Assembly: GCA_963632825.1 (NCBI GenBank)
Contig: CAVGWF010000038.1
Location: 25,629 to 89,628 of the forward strand
Reading direction: 5' to 3'
From: Escherichia coli
GTDB taxonomy: Bacteria; Bacillota; Clostridia; Oscillospirales; Oscillospiraceae
Length of the DNA: 64,000 nucleotides
Shown: positions 1 to 8,280 of the stretch, piece after piece
Layout of the letters: each line of letters opens with the position of its first letter
Position numbering within the stretch: position 1 is the first letter of the stretch
Notes under the pieces: generated by a model
What the model saw: the letters and a program-made list of their open reading frames with translations, nothing else
What the model was told of the DNA's origin: nothing
Databases searched by the model: none
Translations under genes and position numbers: made by a program

Positions 1-508
1 GCATGGCACCGTGCTTTGCGAGCTCGCATTTTGAAGGCGCCTGCACCGACCAGATGATGCCTCTTTCTTCCATTCCGAGCAGAAACGGAGTGCACTTGAA
101 CAGCGCATCAAGCACCTTCGGGAAGCGTTTTACGAGCGGGATTATGAGCGGCAGGGAGTTTGTCGAGCTTGAATAGCCCTGCCGTCCGGGGTGATGGAGC
201 TGAATGCAGAGCTTTGCACCATGCCGGTGTATGCGCTCGGCAAACTCATGCATGGGCGCAATGTGGTAATCGTGGCTCATGGCAAGCTGTGTAAAGGTCG
301 ATGCCGCGCCCATATCGTTTACGCGGCATATGCCCGGAGTTATCATTCCGACTCCGCCGATGGCACGCTCCTCATAGTAGTCCATCAGCTTTTCCGTCGG
401 AGTACCGTCGGTCTGACCGAGGCTGAACTCCGCTGCGGTCATTACGGTGCGGTTTTTCACCGTCATTGTGCCGATCTTCATCGGCGATAGCAGCATTTCA
501 TAGCTCAT
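1..508 (-). CDS. NADH:flavin oxidoreductase, Old Yellow Enzyme family (5' part only; gene runs off the window start)
   Basis: Hand translation of the minus strand from ATG at 508-506 (GGGAGGA SD 8 nt upstream) gives MSYEMLLSPMKIGTMTVKNRTVMTAAEF..LMDYYEERAIGGVGMITPG..HRHGAKLCIQLHHPGRQ. This is the OYE/2,4-dienoyl-CoA-reductase-type N-terminal signature. It is missing from the ORF track because it is open at the edge; the listed 191..490 + ORF is its shadow. Confidence 0.8.
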   Translation of the reverse strand, partial: MSYEMLLSPMKIGTMTVKNRTVMTAAEFSLGQTDGTPTEKLMDYYEERAIGGVGMITPGICRVNDMGAASTFTQLAMSHDYHIAPMHEFAERIHRHGAKLCIQLHHPGRQGYSSSTNSLPLIIPLVKRFPKVLDALFKCTPFLLGMEERGIIWSVQAPSKCELAKHGAM

Positions 509-709
509 GGTGTATATCCTCCCTGAAATGTTTCTGAAACGATAATAAATTAACGCACCCAACCGAGTCAAGAAGTCGTTGAAATATCAGCGTTTTTTCC
601 AATTTTGCCTGCCTTGTTCTGACAACTGTTCGCGTTTTGTGTTTGACCGCGGGGACGATATATGATAAAGTGTACAAGAAACTTGGACACTTGTTCGGAG
701 GTGAATGAT

Positions 710-1306
710 ATGACGGCTTCAGGCTCCAAAAACACCGACGCGATAGTATCCGCTGCCGTGGGGCTTTTCAAAAGCAGAGGATATGTCAATGTATCGGTCA
801 GCGACATTTGCCGCACGGCCGGTGTACCGAGATCGTCGTTTTACAGCATTTTTGCCGGCAAGGAGGAGGTAATAACGCACCTTATCCGCAATCTCAAGGA
901 CGATCAGCAGGCGATGCTTGCGGAGTTTATAAATGCGAAAAACGATCTGGAGCGTATCTGGGCGCTGTATGACAGATACCTGTCTCTTGCCATGGAGTTC
1001 GGACCCGAGCTTACCGGAACGCTTTTGTCGCTCGAGCTGCAGAAGCCCGTGGGACTTTTTAAGCTCTTTAACTCGTTTAACGATTGGTTTGCAAAGCTCA
1101 TTGTAAACTGCCAGCGCCAGAGGCTTATCCGCAACAAGAACCGCGCCGAGGACATTGTCGCTCTCGGCATCCGCATAGCGGTCGGAGCGACATACGAGTG
1201 GTGCCTTACCGGCGGAAGCTTTGACCTGCGCAATGTCGCAATAAGCGAGCATGAGTCGCTTTACGATGTCCCGCAGGAATTTCGGCAAAATGCGGCGCAG
1301 GCGTGA
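710..1306 (+). CDS. TetR/AcrR family transcriptional regulator
   Basis: TetR HTH (VSVSDICRTAGVPRSSFYSIFAGKEEV). GGAGG SD lies 8 nt before ATG 710, so the track start 662 is probably too early. Divergent from the OYE-family gene. Confidence 0.9.
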   Translation: MTASGSKNTDAIVSAAVGLFKSRGYVNVSVSDICRTAGVPRSSFYSIFAGKEEVITHLIRNLKDDQQAMLAEFINAKNDLERIWALYDRYLSLAMEFGPELTGTLLSLELQKPVGLFKLFNSFNDWFAKLIVNCQRQRLIRNKNRAEDIVALGIRIAVGATYEWCLTGGSFDLRNVAISEHESLYDVPQEFRQNAAQA

Positions 1307-1486
1307 GCCGCCTATATCAAAATACTACTCAAATACTGCACAAAAGTGCTGCGCCATGACTGGTTATTTTGCTGTTTTTAAATTTTTTGTATGAATAACA
1401 TTGCACGGGATGTAATGTTTCTGTATAATGATTGTCGGTATATTGTCACTTTCGGGCAATGCCCGTGTGGATTAAGGAGGAATAAT

Positions 1487-3685
1487 ATGAAAAGACGCAT
1501 CATCAGTATGGTAATGGTGCTGGTGCTCGTGTTCACGATGCTGCCGGTCTATGCCATTGCCGATGGCAGCGGTGATGGCACTGGGGATGCCGCTGCTGAC
1601 ATTCAGAGCATCATCGACACCGTAAAGGGACTCCTGAACGGCGGCGACACCTCAGGAAAGCTCGACGAGATAATCAAGGATCTCGATTACGGGCAGCTTG
1701 CAAAGCTCTTTGCCGAGCTCATAAAGGATAAGATAGATATAACTCCTATCCTCGATAAGCTCGACATCGACGCGATAGCGGCGGTGATAAAGCAGCTCAT
1801 CGCCGGTGATGTGGATATAAGCGACATAATCGCAGGTCTTGACACCGACAAGATAGTTGAGATACTCAAGGGTCTCGTCGGCGACAACGACGCCTTGACC
1901 GAGATACTCGGAAAGCTTGATACCGATACGCTCGTAGCCGTTATCAAGGGTCTCATCGCCGGCGATGTGGACATAAGCGACATTATCGCAGGTCTTGATG
2001 TAGATAAGATAGTTGATATAATCAAGGGACTCGGCGCGGATAACGAAACCATCGGAAAAATCCTTGAAAAGGTCGACATTGACAAGCTCGTTGAGATCAT
2101 AAGGGGTCTCATCGACGGAGGCGTCGATGTCGGAGATATACTGAAAAACCTTGATCCGTACACTCTGCTCAAGGTCATCTCCGGTCTGTTCGCCAATGAT
2201 CTCGATGTAACGGGACCGAGTAATGTTACCGTCACCGAGACCGAAACGGCAACCTTCAGCGTTAAGGTGAACCTCAGCCTTGTTGAGCAGCTCAAGGGCA
2301 CTACATATAAATATATGTGGCTCGAGCCCGACACACTCAAGAATCTCAACAGCGAAAATTTTGAAAAGCTTGACGTTCTCACTCTTATAACCCGCCTGCT
2401 CGGCAGCTCGCTCGGCAACGGAGAGACTCTGAGCATCGCAAATACCACCATGCGCGATGACGGCAGAAGCTTTGTCTGCGTTATCTACAGCATCAGCGAT
2501 AAGGTGTTCTATGTCACCGATAAGGCGACCCTGACGGTAACCCCGTTCAGCGCCTGCACCCATAACAGCCTCAAGCACGTGCGCGGCATAGAGGCCACCT
2601 GCACCGAGGCGGGCAATGTGGCTTACTACGAATGCTCCACCTGCGGAAAGCTCTTCCTCGATAAGGAATGCAGCGAACAGACCAATGCAGACGATATAGT
2701 TATCCCCGCAAAGGGTCACACCCCCGTTGAGACAAAGGCAGCGGTCGAGGCCACCTGCACCTCCACCGGTCTGACCGCCGAGCTCACCTGCTCGGTGTGC
2801 AATGAAGTAGTCGAGCAGCAGAAGATAGTGCCCATGAAGGCGCACACCCCCGTTGAGGGTACGCCTGCCGTTACCCCTACCTGCACGACCAACGGCAGTA
2901 CCGCGCAGACAATATGCAGCGTCTGCAAGACCGAGCTCGTCGCGGCAGAGGTCATCCCCGCAAGTGGACACACAAAGGTCGTTGACATTGAGGCTGTTGC
3001 ACCTACCTGCACAGAGCCCGGACGCACCGAGGGCAGCCATTGCAGCGTCTGCAACGAAGTGCTCAGCAAATCCGAGCCTGTAGCTGCCAAGGGACATAAC
3101 TTCGTCGGCATAAAGTGCAGCGAGTGCGGCGCGTTCGTGCCGTTCCCGTTTGTCGATGTTCCCGAAACGGCATGGTATCGCGGCAATGTCGAGTATGTCT
3201 GGCAGCATGAGCTTATGGTCGGCATTTCCGCAAACGAGTTTGCACCCGATGCGACCATGACCCGCGCGATGTTCGCGCTCGTGCTCTACCGCATAGCCGG
3301 CGAACCGTCGGTCGTTGATATGCGTGTCCCATTTACGGATATAAGCAGCAGCCACTGGGCGTATAACGCAGTCGTCTGGGCGTACAACAAGGGCGTCACG
3401 GACGGCGTGAGCGCAACGGAGTTTGCACCGGATGCAAACATAACCCGCGAGCAGCTTGTAACGATGCTTTTCCGTTATGAGAAGGCAAGCCCCGTGGCAG
3501 GCGGCACGCTCAGCTTTACCGATGCCTCCTCCGTAGCTTCGTGGGCACGCGATGCGGTCATCTGGGCATCCTCCAACGGAATAGTCACCGGCTATACGGA
3601 CGGAAGCTTCGGACCCAACAAGATGGCTACCCGCGCCGAAATGGCAGCTATTCTCCAGAGATACTGCCAGTTTAAGCAGATATAA
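1487..3685 (+). CDS. Secreted SLH-anchored cell-surface protein (acidic tandem repeats, Ig-like domain, four Cys3-His modules, three SLH repeats)
   Basis: AAGGAGG SD then ATG 1487. MKRRIISMVMVLVLVFTMLPVYAIA is a signal peptide, so the track start 1391 is unlikely. C-terminal SLH repeats are present (FVDVPETAWYRGNVEYVWQHELMVGISANEFAPDATMTRAMFALVLYR plus two more). Confidence 0.85.
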   Translation: MKRRIISMVMVLVLVFTMLPVYAIADGSGDGTGDAAADIQSIIDTVKGLLNGGDTSGKLDEIIKDLDYGQLAKLFAELIKDKIDITPILDKLDIDAIAAVIKQLIAGDVDISDIIAGLDTDKIVEILKGLVGDNDALTEILGKLDTDTLVAVIKGLIAGDVDISDIIAGLDVDKIVDIIKGLGADNETIGKILEKVDIDKLVEIIRGLIDGGVDVGDILKNLDPYTLLKVISGLFANDLDVTGPSNVTVTETETATFSVKVNLSLVEQLKGTTYKYMWLEPDTLKNLNSENFEKLDVLTLITRLLGSSLGNGETLSIANTTMRDDGRSFVCVIYSISDKVFYVTDKATLTVTPFSACTHNSLKHVRGIEATCTEAGNVAYYECSTCGKLFLDKECSEQTNADDIVIPAKGHTPVETKAAVEATCTSTGLTAELTCSVCNEVVEQQKIVPMKAHTPVEGTPAVTPTCTTNGSTAQTICSVCKTELVAAEVIPASGHTKVVDIEAVAPTCTEPGRTEGSHCSVCNEVLSKSEPVAAKGHNFVGIKCSECGAFVPFPFVDVPETAWYRGNVEYVWQHELMVGISANEFAPDATMTRAMFALVLYRIAGEPSVVDMRVPFTDISSSHWAYNAVVWAYNKGVTDGVSATEFAPDANITREQLVTMLFRYEKASPVAGGTLSFTDASSVASWARDAVIWASSNGIVTGYTDGSFGPNKMATRAEMAAILQRYCQFKQI
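1655..2206 (+). repeat. In-frame tandem repeat inside the SLH protein gene (about 26-aa/78-nt units; two near-identical 156-nt double units)
   Basis: Units of the form LDxDK(I/L)VxIIKGLxxxDxDIxxIIxG recur about 6-7 times. DNA starting at 1799 and at 1955 aligns almost base for base (atcgccggtgatgtggatataagcgacataatcgcaggtcttgac / atcgccggcgatgtggacataagcgacattatcgcaggtcttgat), an offset of exactly 156 nt. Confidence 0.8.
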
Positions 3686-3786
3686 GGCTTAAAAGATAAT
3701 ATGATGAAGCTCCCTCCGTAATCGGGCGATGCGGCATAGAGATAAATCGGCTCTGAGCGGCTCTTTTCCGCCCATACGGAACAAAA

Positions 3787-3824
3787 AATCTCGGTAATAC
3801 GAAAAGTGCTGCCGAGATTTTGTT
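3787..3824 (+). terminator. Probable intrinsic terminator of the SLH protein gene
   Basis: Stem AATCTCGG (3787-3794) / CCGAGATT (3812-3819) followed by a T-rich tail. The loop is rather long (17 nt). Confidence 0.45.
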
Positions 3825-3993
3825 ATGTTGCCTGAAATATTTTGCTCTCATATCAAGCAATACACGGCATGATTAATAGTAAAGGCTGAATGATGGCAAC
3901 AAGTCTGTAATAGGTGAGCAATAGACGGCTATTTTGCCTTATTTCAAGCGATTTTCCGCTATTTTTGTTCAACCGGCAAAATAACAAAAAGCA

Positions 3994-4040
3994 TAAAAAA
4001 GTACCGAAATTAAGCTAAAATCGCTCAATTTCGGTACTTT
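3994..4040 (-). terminator. Intrinsic terminator downstream of tRNA-Pro
   Basis: An 11-bp stem GTACCGAAATT (4001-4011) / AATTTCGGTAC (4027-4037). On the minus strand it is followed by a run of six T. Confidence 0.75.
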
Positions 4041-4042
4041 TA

Positions 4043-4119
4043 TGGTCCGAGTGACTGGAGTTGAACCAGCGGCCTCTTGAACCCCATTCAAGCGCGCTAC
4101 CATCTGCGCTACACCCGGA
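4043..4119 (-). tRNA. tRNA-Pro (anticodon GGG), CCA encoded
   Basis: The reverse complement TCCGGGTGTAGCGCAGATGGTAGCGCGCTTGAATGGGGTTCAAGAGGCCGCTGGTTCAACTCCAGTCACTCGGACCA folds as a cloverleaf. It has a 7-bp acceptor stem, anticodon stem CTTGA/TCAAG, loop A-T-GGG-G-T and T-arm GGTTCAACTCC. Confidence 0.9.
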
Positions 4120-4132
4120 TTTCCAACGCCCG

Positions 4133-4164
4133 ATTATAGTAACACAAATGCGTGATAAATGCAA
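4133..4164 (-). promoter_or_regulatory. Sigma-A-like promoter for tRNA-Pro
   Basis: On the minus strand: TTGCAT (4164-4159), 17-nt spacer, then TACTAT overlapping TATAAT (4141-4133), ending about 14 nt before the tRNA 5' end. Confidence 0.45.
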
Positions 4165-4290
4165 TAGTTATTTTAAAAAAATATTTCGGATAAACGAACG
4201 TGGAGAAAGAAATTGTGAACTTTGTTGGAAAATTGACGCTCATTTTTCTCAAAAACACCTATTTTCGTACACAAATGTGCCGAGTAGGTC

Positions 4291-4319
4291 TTGCTTAACA
4301 GCCGGAGTTGGAATATAAT
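4291..4319 (+). promoter_or_regulatory. Sigma-A-like promoter of the small zinc-ribbon gene
   Basis: TTGCTT (4291-4296), exact 17-nt spacer, TATAAT (4314-4319). Confidence 0.5.
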
Positions 4320-4372
4320 AAGCATGTAAATACCGTAAGGTGACCAATAAGAAGAAATAGGAGGATTTTGCT

Positions 4373-4609
4373 ATGAAATGCCCTCGCTGCGGACATGAAA
4401 TGACCCTCGATACCCACCGCAAGTATGCACTGAATATGTGCTATGAGTGCGGCTATATCGAAGGCAGACTCGATGACGGCCCCGGCACCGGTGCAAGCAA
4501 CTATGCACGCCTCAGAGCCATGAATTTTAACGAGGCTGTAGCATTCATTTCCGGCGGTCTTGGCATCGACGAGGAGAAAGTCGCCGATTGGCTTGACAAC
4601 AAGGAATGA
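4373..4609 (+). CDS. Small zinc-ribbon protein, function unknown (78 aa)
   Basis: Two CxxC pairs (CPRCG..CYECG). A strong SD (AGGAGGA) precedes the ATG. It has its own promoter-like element and a clean terminator. Confidence 0.65.
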   Translation: MKCPRCGHEMTLDTHRKYALNMCYECGYIEGRLDDGPGTGASNYARLRAMNFNEAVAFISGGLGIDEEKVADWLDNKE

Positions 4610-4620
4610 TCCATTTAAAA

Positions 4621-4646
4621 GCCGCTCCGACCGGAGCGGCTTTTTT
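4621..4646 (+). terminator. Intrinsic terminator
   Basis: GCCGCTCC (4621-4628) / GGAGCGGC (4633-4640) with a 4-nt loop, followed by TTTTTT. Confidence 0.85.
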
Positions 4647-4835
4647 ATACCTTGACATTGAAATTCAGTAAGGGATGCTTTGCGCGTTTCAAAAAAGGCG
4701 GCTAAATAATGGGACGAATTGCCCGTTCAGACGCTGACGGTCATTGCTCGGCGCTTGCTCAGAACCGCGGACAAAATGTATAAATCCCTCCTGACAGGCA
4801 TAGTAATGAACAAAGCCTTTCGGGAGGGATTTTAA

Positions 4836-5621
4836 TTGAAAAAAATATCTGATAAGATCAAAAACCGCAAAGCGGCGGCATCGGCGCTGGCGCTGGTCGT
4901 TCTCACGGCGGTGATATTCTGGACGACAAACAGCCCGTCGGTCGTGGGCACGGCGGCAAGCGACAGGCAGCTTCCGATATACTGCGTTCAGCGCGACGAT
5001 AAAACCGTTGCGCTGTCTTTCGATGCGGCATGGGGCAACGACGATACGCAGCAGCTTATAGATATTCTGAAAAAATACAATGTGAACGCGACATTCTTTG
5101 TCGTAGGTCAGTGGGCGGATAAATATCCCGAGTCGGTAAAGGCTCTGGCGGATGCCGGCAACGAGGTCATGAGTCATTCGGACGACCATGCGCATTTTGC
5201 GCAGCTCAGCCCCGAGCAGATAAAGACCAACATAAGCGCCTCAAACGAGAAAATAAAGAAGATCACCGGCACCGAGCCGACACTGTTCCGCTGCCCATAC
5301 GGCGAGTATAACGACACCGTTATCGGCACCGTCAGCGAAATGGGTATGAGCGCCGTGCAGTGGGATGTTGACAGCCTTGACTGGAAGGGGCTCTCCGCGC
5401 AGGAGATTTCCGACAGAGTGCTTAAAAATGTGAAATCCGGCAGCATCGTTCTCTTCCACAACGCCGCCGAGAACACGCCCGAGGCGCTGCCGACCATAAT
5501 AGAGACCCTGCTTGCCGACGGCTACACCATCGTTCCGGTCTCACAGATACTCCTCACCGGTGATTTCACCATCGACAACACCGGAATGCAGTGTAAGGCG
5601 ACACCGAAAAGCAGCACATGA
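4836..5621 (+). CDS. Polysaccharide deacetylase family protein (NodB domain, PdaA/PdaB-like), membrane-anchored
   Basis: TTG start 7 nt after a GGGAGGGA SD. N-terminal TM segment. NodB motifs VALSFDAAWGNDDT, NATFFVVGQW and GNEVMSHSDDH. Confidence 0.85.
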   Translation: MKKISDKIKNRKAAASALALVVLTAVIFWTTNSPSVVGTAASDRQLPIYCVQRDDKTVALSFDAAWGNDDTQQLIDILKKYNVNATFFVVGQWADKYPESVKALADAGNEVMSHSDDHAHFAQLSPEQIKTNISASNEKIKKITGTEPTLFRCPYGEYNDTVIGTVSEMGMSAVQWDVDSLDWKGLSAQEISDRVLKNVKSGSIVLFHNAAENTPEALPTIIETLLADGYTIVPVSQILLTGDFTIDNTGMQCKATPKSST

Positions 5622-5675
5622 ATTTAGCATAAAACCGCAGTGAGATTGTCGCTCACTGCGGCTTTTTCGGATCTG

Positions 5676-6395
5676 TCAGCCGAATGCCCACTGGTATGTC
5701 ACGCCGAACGCCTCGCGGAGAAAATAGTTGAGCATGATGGGGAAGTAGGTCGTGTGTCCGGCAATGCCGCCGACCTCCTCACCGAGCGAATGTGCCAGCA
5801 GCTTTGCCCTGTATATGTGGTACTCGCTTGTTACCACCGCAGTGCCGCTGCCCGGATCGTCTCCGCGCGCACGGATGATGTCGAAGCTGAATTTAAGATT
5901 TTCAAGCGTTGAGGTCGCCTTATCCTCCTTTATTATGCGCTCTTGTGCGATACCCTCGCTTGTGAGCCAGTCGAACATCGCCTGAGCCTCGGAGAGATTT
6001 TCGTTGCTGCCCTGACCGCCGGAGACTATTGCCACGGCTTTCGGGTGAGCGAGCATATAATCGCGCGCGGCACGCATCCGCTCTATGAGCGAGAGCGAGG
6101 GGGTGTCGCCGTGTACGGCCGCGCCGAGCACGATTATATAATCATACCCGGTGTCCCCGTCTCCGCCGGAGGCCTTTACTATCGGTATCTCGACAATCAC
6201 AAGATATATGAGTCCCGCCGCCGTAAGCGCGCACACCGTGCGCCTTATCCACGCCCTTTTGCACAAAAGCATAACGGAGGCGACGGCGGCTGTAAAGATG
6301 AGCGCATAGCCGATGAAATTCATACCTGAGAGCACGAACCGGCATACAAGCCCCATAAACACAAGCGCTGCCGGCGCGATAAGCTTTTTATTCAT
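5676..6395 (-). CDS. YdcF/ElyC family protein (DUF218), membrane-anchored
   Basis: YIIVLGAAVHGDTPS..VSGGQGSNENLSEAQAM..ATSTLENL is typical DUF218. The likely start is MNKKLIAP (ATG 6395), overlapping the upstream ABC-F stop by 8 nt. The track's 6566 start would sit inside the ABC-F gene. Confidence 0.8.
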   Translation of the reverse strand: MNKKLIAPAALVFMGLVCRFVLSGMNFIGYALIFTAAVASVMLLCKRAWIRRTVCALTAAGLIYLVIVEIPIVKASGGDGDTGYDYIIVLGAAVHGDTPSLSLIERMRAARDYMLAHPKAVAIVSGGQGSNENLSEAQAMFDWLTSEGIAQERIIKEDKATSTLENLKFSFDIIRARGDDPGSGTAVVTSEYHIYRAKLLAHSLGEEVGGIAGHTTYFPIMLNYFLREAFGVTYQWAFG

Positions 6396-8265
6396 CGGCA
6401 AGCTCCTCCCACTGCTCGTATGCCAGCGAAAGACGCTCGCTGAGCTTGTCCTTCTCCTCACCGAGCTCCATGAGCTTCTGATAGTCGCTGGCGTTTTCCT
6501 GCTCGAGCGCTTCAATGCCGGAGATCTGCTTTTCGAGAGCGGCAATGTCTCTTTCAAGCCTTGCAAGCCGCTTTTCTTTGCTTGGTGAGCCTTTTTTCGC
6601 CGGCTGCGCGGGCTTTGAAGCCTTGCTCTCGGCCTTTGCCGCGCGCGCGAACACCTCCTGCCGCCTGAGATATTCTCTCATTTGTCCGTATGTGCCGCGG
6701 TAGTCAAGAAGCCTGCCGTTTTCGAGAAGCCATATGCGCGTTGCAAATTTCTCGATGAAGTAGCGGTCGTGCGAAACGAACAGCAGCGCCTCGGAGTAAT
6801 CCGAAACGGCATCCTCCATCCATTCGCGGCTGGCAATGTCAAGATGGTTCGTCGGCTCGTCGAGGATGAGGAAGTTTATATCGCCGCCCATGATCATACA
6901 CAGCCTAAGGCGGCTCTTTTCGCCGCCGGAGAGCGCGCCTACCGGAGTGAACACATCCTCGCCGCGAAAGCCGAACGCGGCAAGCCGGTCGCGCGCCTCC
7001 TGCGGCTGGCAGAGGCAGTCATACAGCATCGTGTCGAGCAGACTGCGATCTTCGTTATTGAAGCCGATTATCTGAGGCAGGTATGCCGGCCTCACCGAGG
7101 GACCGAATTTTATGCTGCCCTCGTCGGGAGCCTCCTGCCGCATTATCATTTTGACCAGCGTGCTTTTTCCGGTGCCGTTATCGCCGATGAGGGCTATCCT
7201 CTCACCGCCGGAAACAGTGAGATCAAGACCGGAAAATAGCTTTTTATCTCCAAATGCCTTGCCGACTCCGGAGCACACAAGCACCTCGTCACCGAAAAAG
7301 TCGGAGGACGAAAACCTTGCCGAAAGCTTCTTTGCCTCGGTCGGGCGTGCGGTCTGCTCAAGCCTGGCAATGCGCTTTTCCATTGAAAACGCACGCTTGT
7401 GCAGCTTGTCGTTGCCCATGAACGCCCAGAGATGCATCTGCTCGGCGGCTCTTGTGAGCTGCTCTATCTTTGCCTGATCCTTTTCATACCTTCTGAGCTT
7501 TTCCTCGAAGCGCTTCTGCCGCTCAACAACATAAAAGCTGTAGCCGCCGCTGTAAAACTCCGCCTTGCCGTCGTTTATCTCAATGCAGCGCTTTGCTGTC
7601 CTGTCGATAAAATACCGGTCATGGCTTATGAGCAGAACGGTACCCTTGAAATGCTGAAGATACTCCTCAAGCCACTCCGTCGCGCGCAGGTCGAGATGGT
7701 TCGTCGGCTCGTCGAGCAGCAGTATGTCGGTTTTTTCAAGGATCAGCCGCGCAAGGTTAACCCTCGTGCGCTCACCGCCTGACAGCAGGTCAAACGGCTG
7801 CTCGCGCATGCTCTGCGGAATGTCCAGACCGTTTGCCACGCGATTGCGGTCCGTGTCCATATCATAGCCGCCGAGGCGCGCAAAGTCGGATGACAGGCGG
7901 TCGTATTCGCTCAAAAGCCTGTCCGACTGGTTATGCTCCATTTGCTCTGCAAGCTCCTCAAGCCTGCGGGATATGGCGTAAAGCTCGCGGTGAGCGTCCT
8001 TTAAAACATCCTCTGTGGTCCAGCCCTCGGGGTAGACGGGGATCTGCGATATAAGCCCCATGCGTTTGCCGGAGGCTATTGCCACAGTACCCTCATCATA
8101 GTCTATCTCGCCCGTCAATATGCGGAACAGCGTCGTCTTTCCGCAGCCGTTATGCCCGAGAATGCCGACGCGCTCACCCTCGGCAATGTCGAAGCTGAGC
8201 CCGTCAAGTATGTTTTTACCCAATTCAAAGGACTTTACAAGCCCGTTGACGGATATGTCTGTCAT
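6388..8265 (-). CDS. ABC-F family ATPase (two ABC domains, C-terminal coiled-coil; no TM domain)
   Basis: Two Walker A motifs (GHNGCGKTT, GDNGTGKST) and two signature motifs (LSGGERTR, LSGGEKSR). Charged inter-domain linker and Lys/Glu-rich coiled-coil tail. Confidence 0.9.
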   Translation of the reverse strand: MTDISVNGLVKSFELGKNILDGLSFDIAEGERVGILGHNGCGKTTLFRILTGEIDYDEGTVAIASGKRMGLISQIPVYPEGWTTEDVLKDAHRELYAISRRLEELAEQMEHNQSDRLLSEYDRLSSDFARLGGYDMDTDRNRVANGLDIPQSMREQPFDLLSGGERTRVNLARLILEKTDILLLDEPTNHLDLRATEWLEEYLQHFKGTVLLISHDRYFIDRTAKRCIEINDGKAEFYSGGYSFYVVERQKRFEEKLRRYEKDQAKIEQLTRAAEQMHLWAFMGNDKLHKRAFSMEKRIARLEQTARPTEAKKLSARFSSSDFFGDEVLVCSGVGKAFGDKKLFSGLDLTVSGGERIALIGDNGTGKSTLVKMIMRQEAPDEGSIKFGPSVRPAYLPQIIGFNNEDRSLLDTMLYDCLCQPQEARDRLAAFGFRGEDVFTPVGALSGGEKSRLRLCMIMGGDINFLILDEPTNHLDIASREWMEDAVSDYSEALLFVSHDRYFIEKFATRIWLLENGRLLDYRGTYGQMREYLRRQEVFARAAKAESKASKPAQPAKKGSPSKEKRLARLERDIAALEKQISGIEALEQENASDYQKLMELGEEKDKLSERLSLAYEQWEELADE

Positions 8266-8280
8266 TGTATTTCTCCTGTA

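Noticed and set aside
191-490. 99-aa plus-strand ORF at the window start
   Set aside because: It lies antisense to the OYE-family oxidoreductase, whose minus-strand translation is unambiguous.
1652-3355. 567-aa ORF (and nested 254-aa and 180-aa ORFs) antisense to the SLH surface protein gene
   Set aside because: Shadow ORFs of a GC-rich, repeat-rich gene. There is no SD or promoter, the translation is low-complexity and Arg/Ala/Gly-rich, and the sense strand has clear signal peptide, repeat and SLH signatures.
3716-3772. Long imperfect hairpin CCGTAATCGGGCG...CGCCCATACGG just after the SLH gene stop
   Set aside because: The interior is large and unpaired, there is no U-tract, and I recognise no family. 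A better terminator follows at 3787-3824.
4061-4318. 85-aa ORF overlapping tRNA-Pro and its promoter
   Set aside because: Its 5' end is the tRNA sequence itself, and it has no SD.
6396-6566. N-terminal extension of the DUF218 ORF (track start 6566); likewise 9571-9918 for the PBP ORF
   Set aside because: Both extensions lie inside the upstream genes (ABC-F, SEDS) in another frame. Internal ATGs give proper TM anchors and short stop/start overlaps typical of coupled genes.
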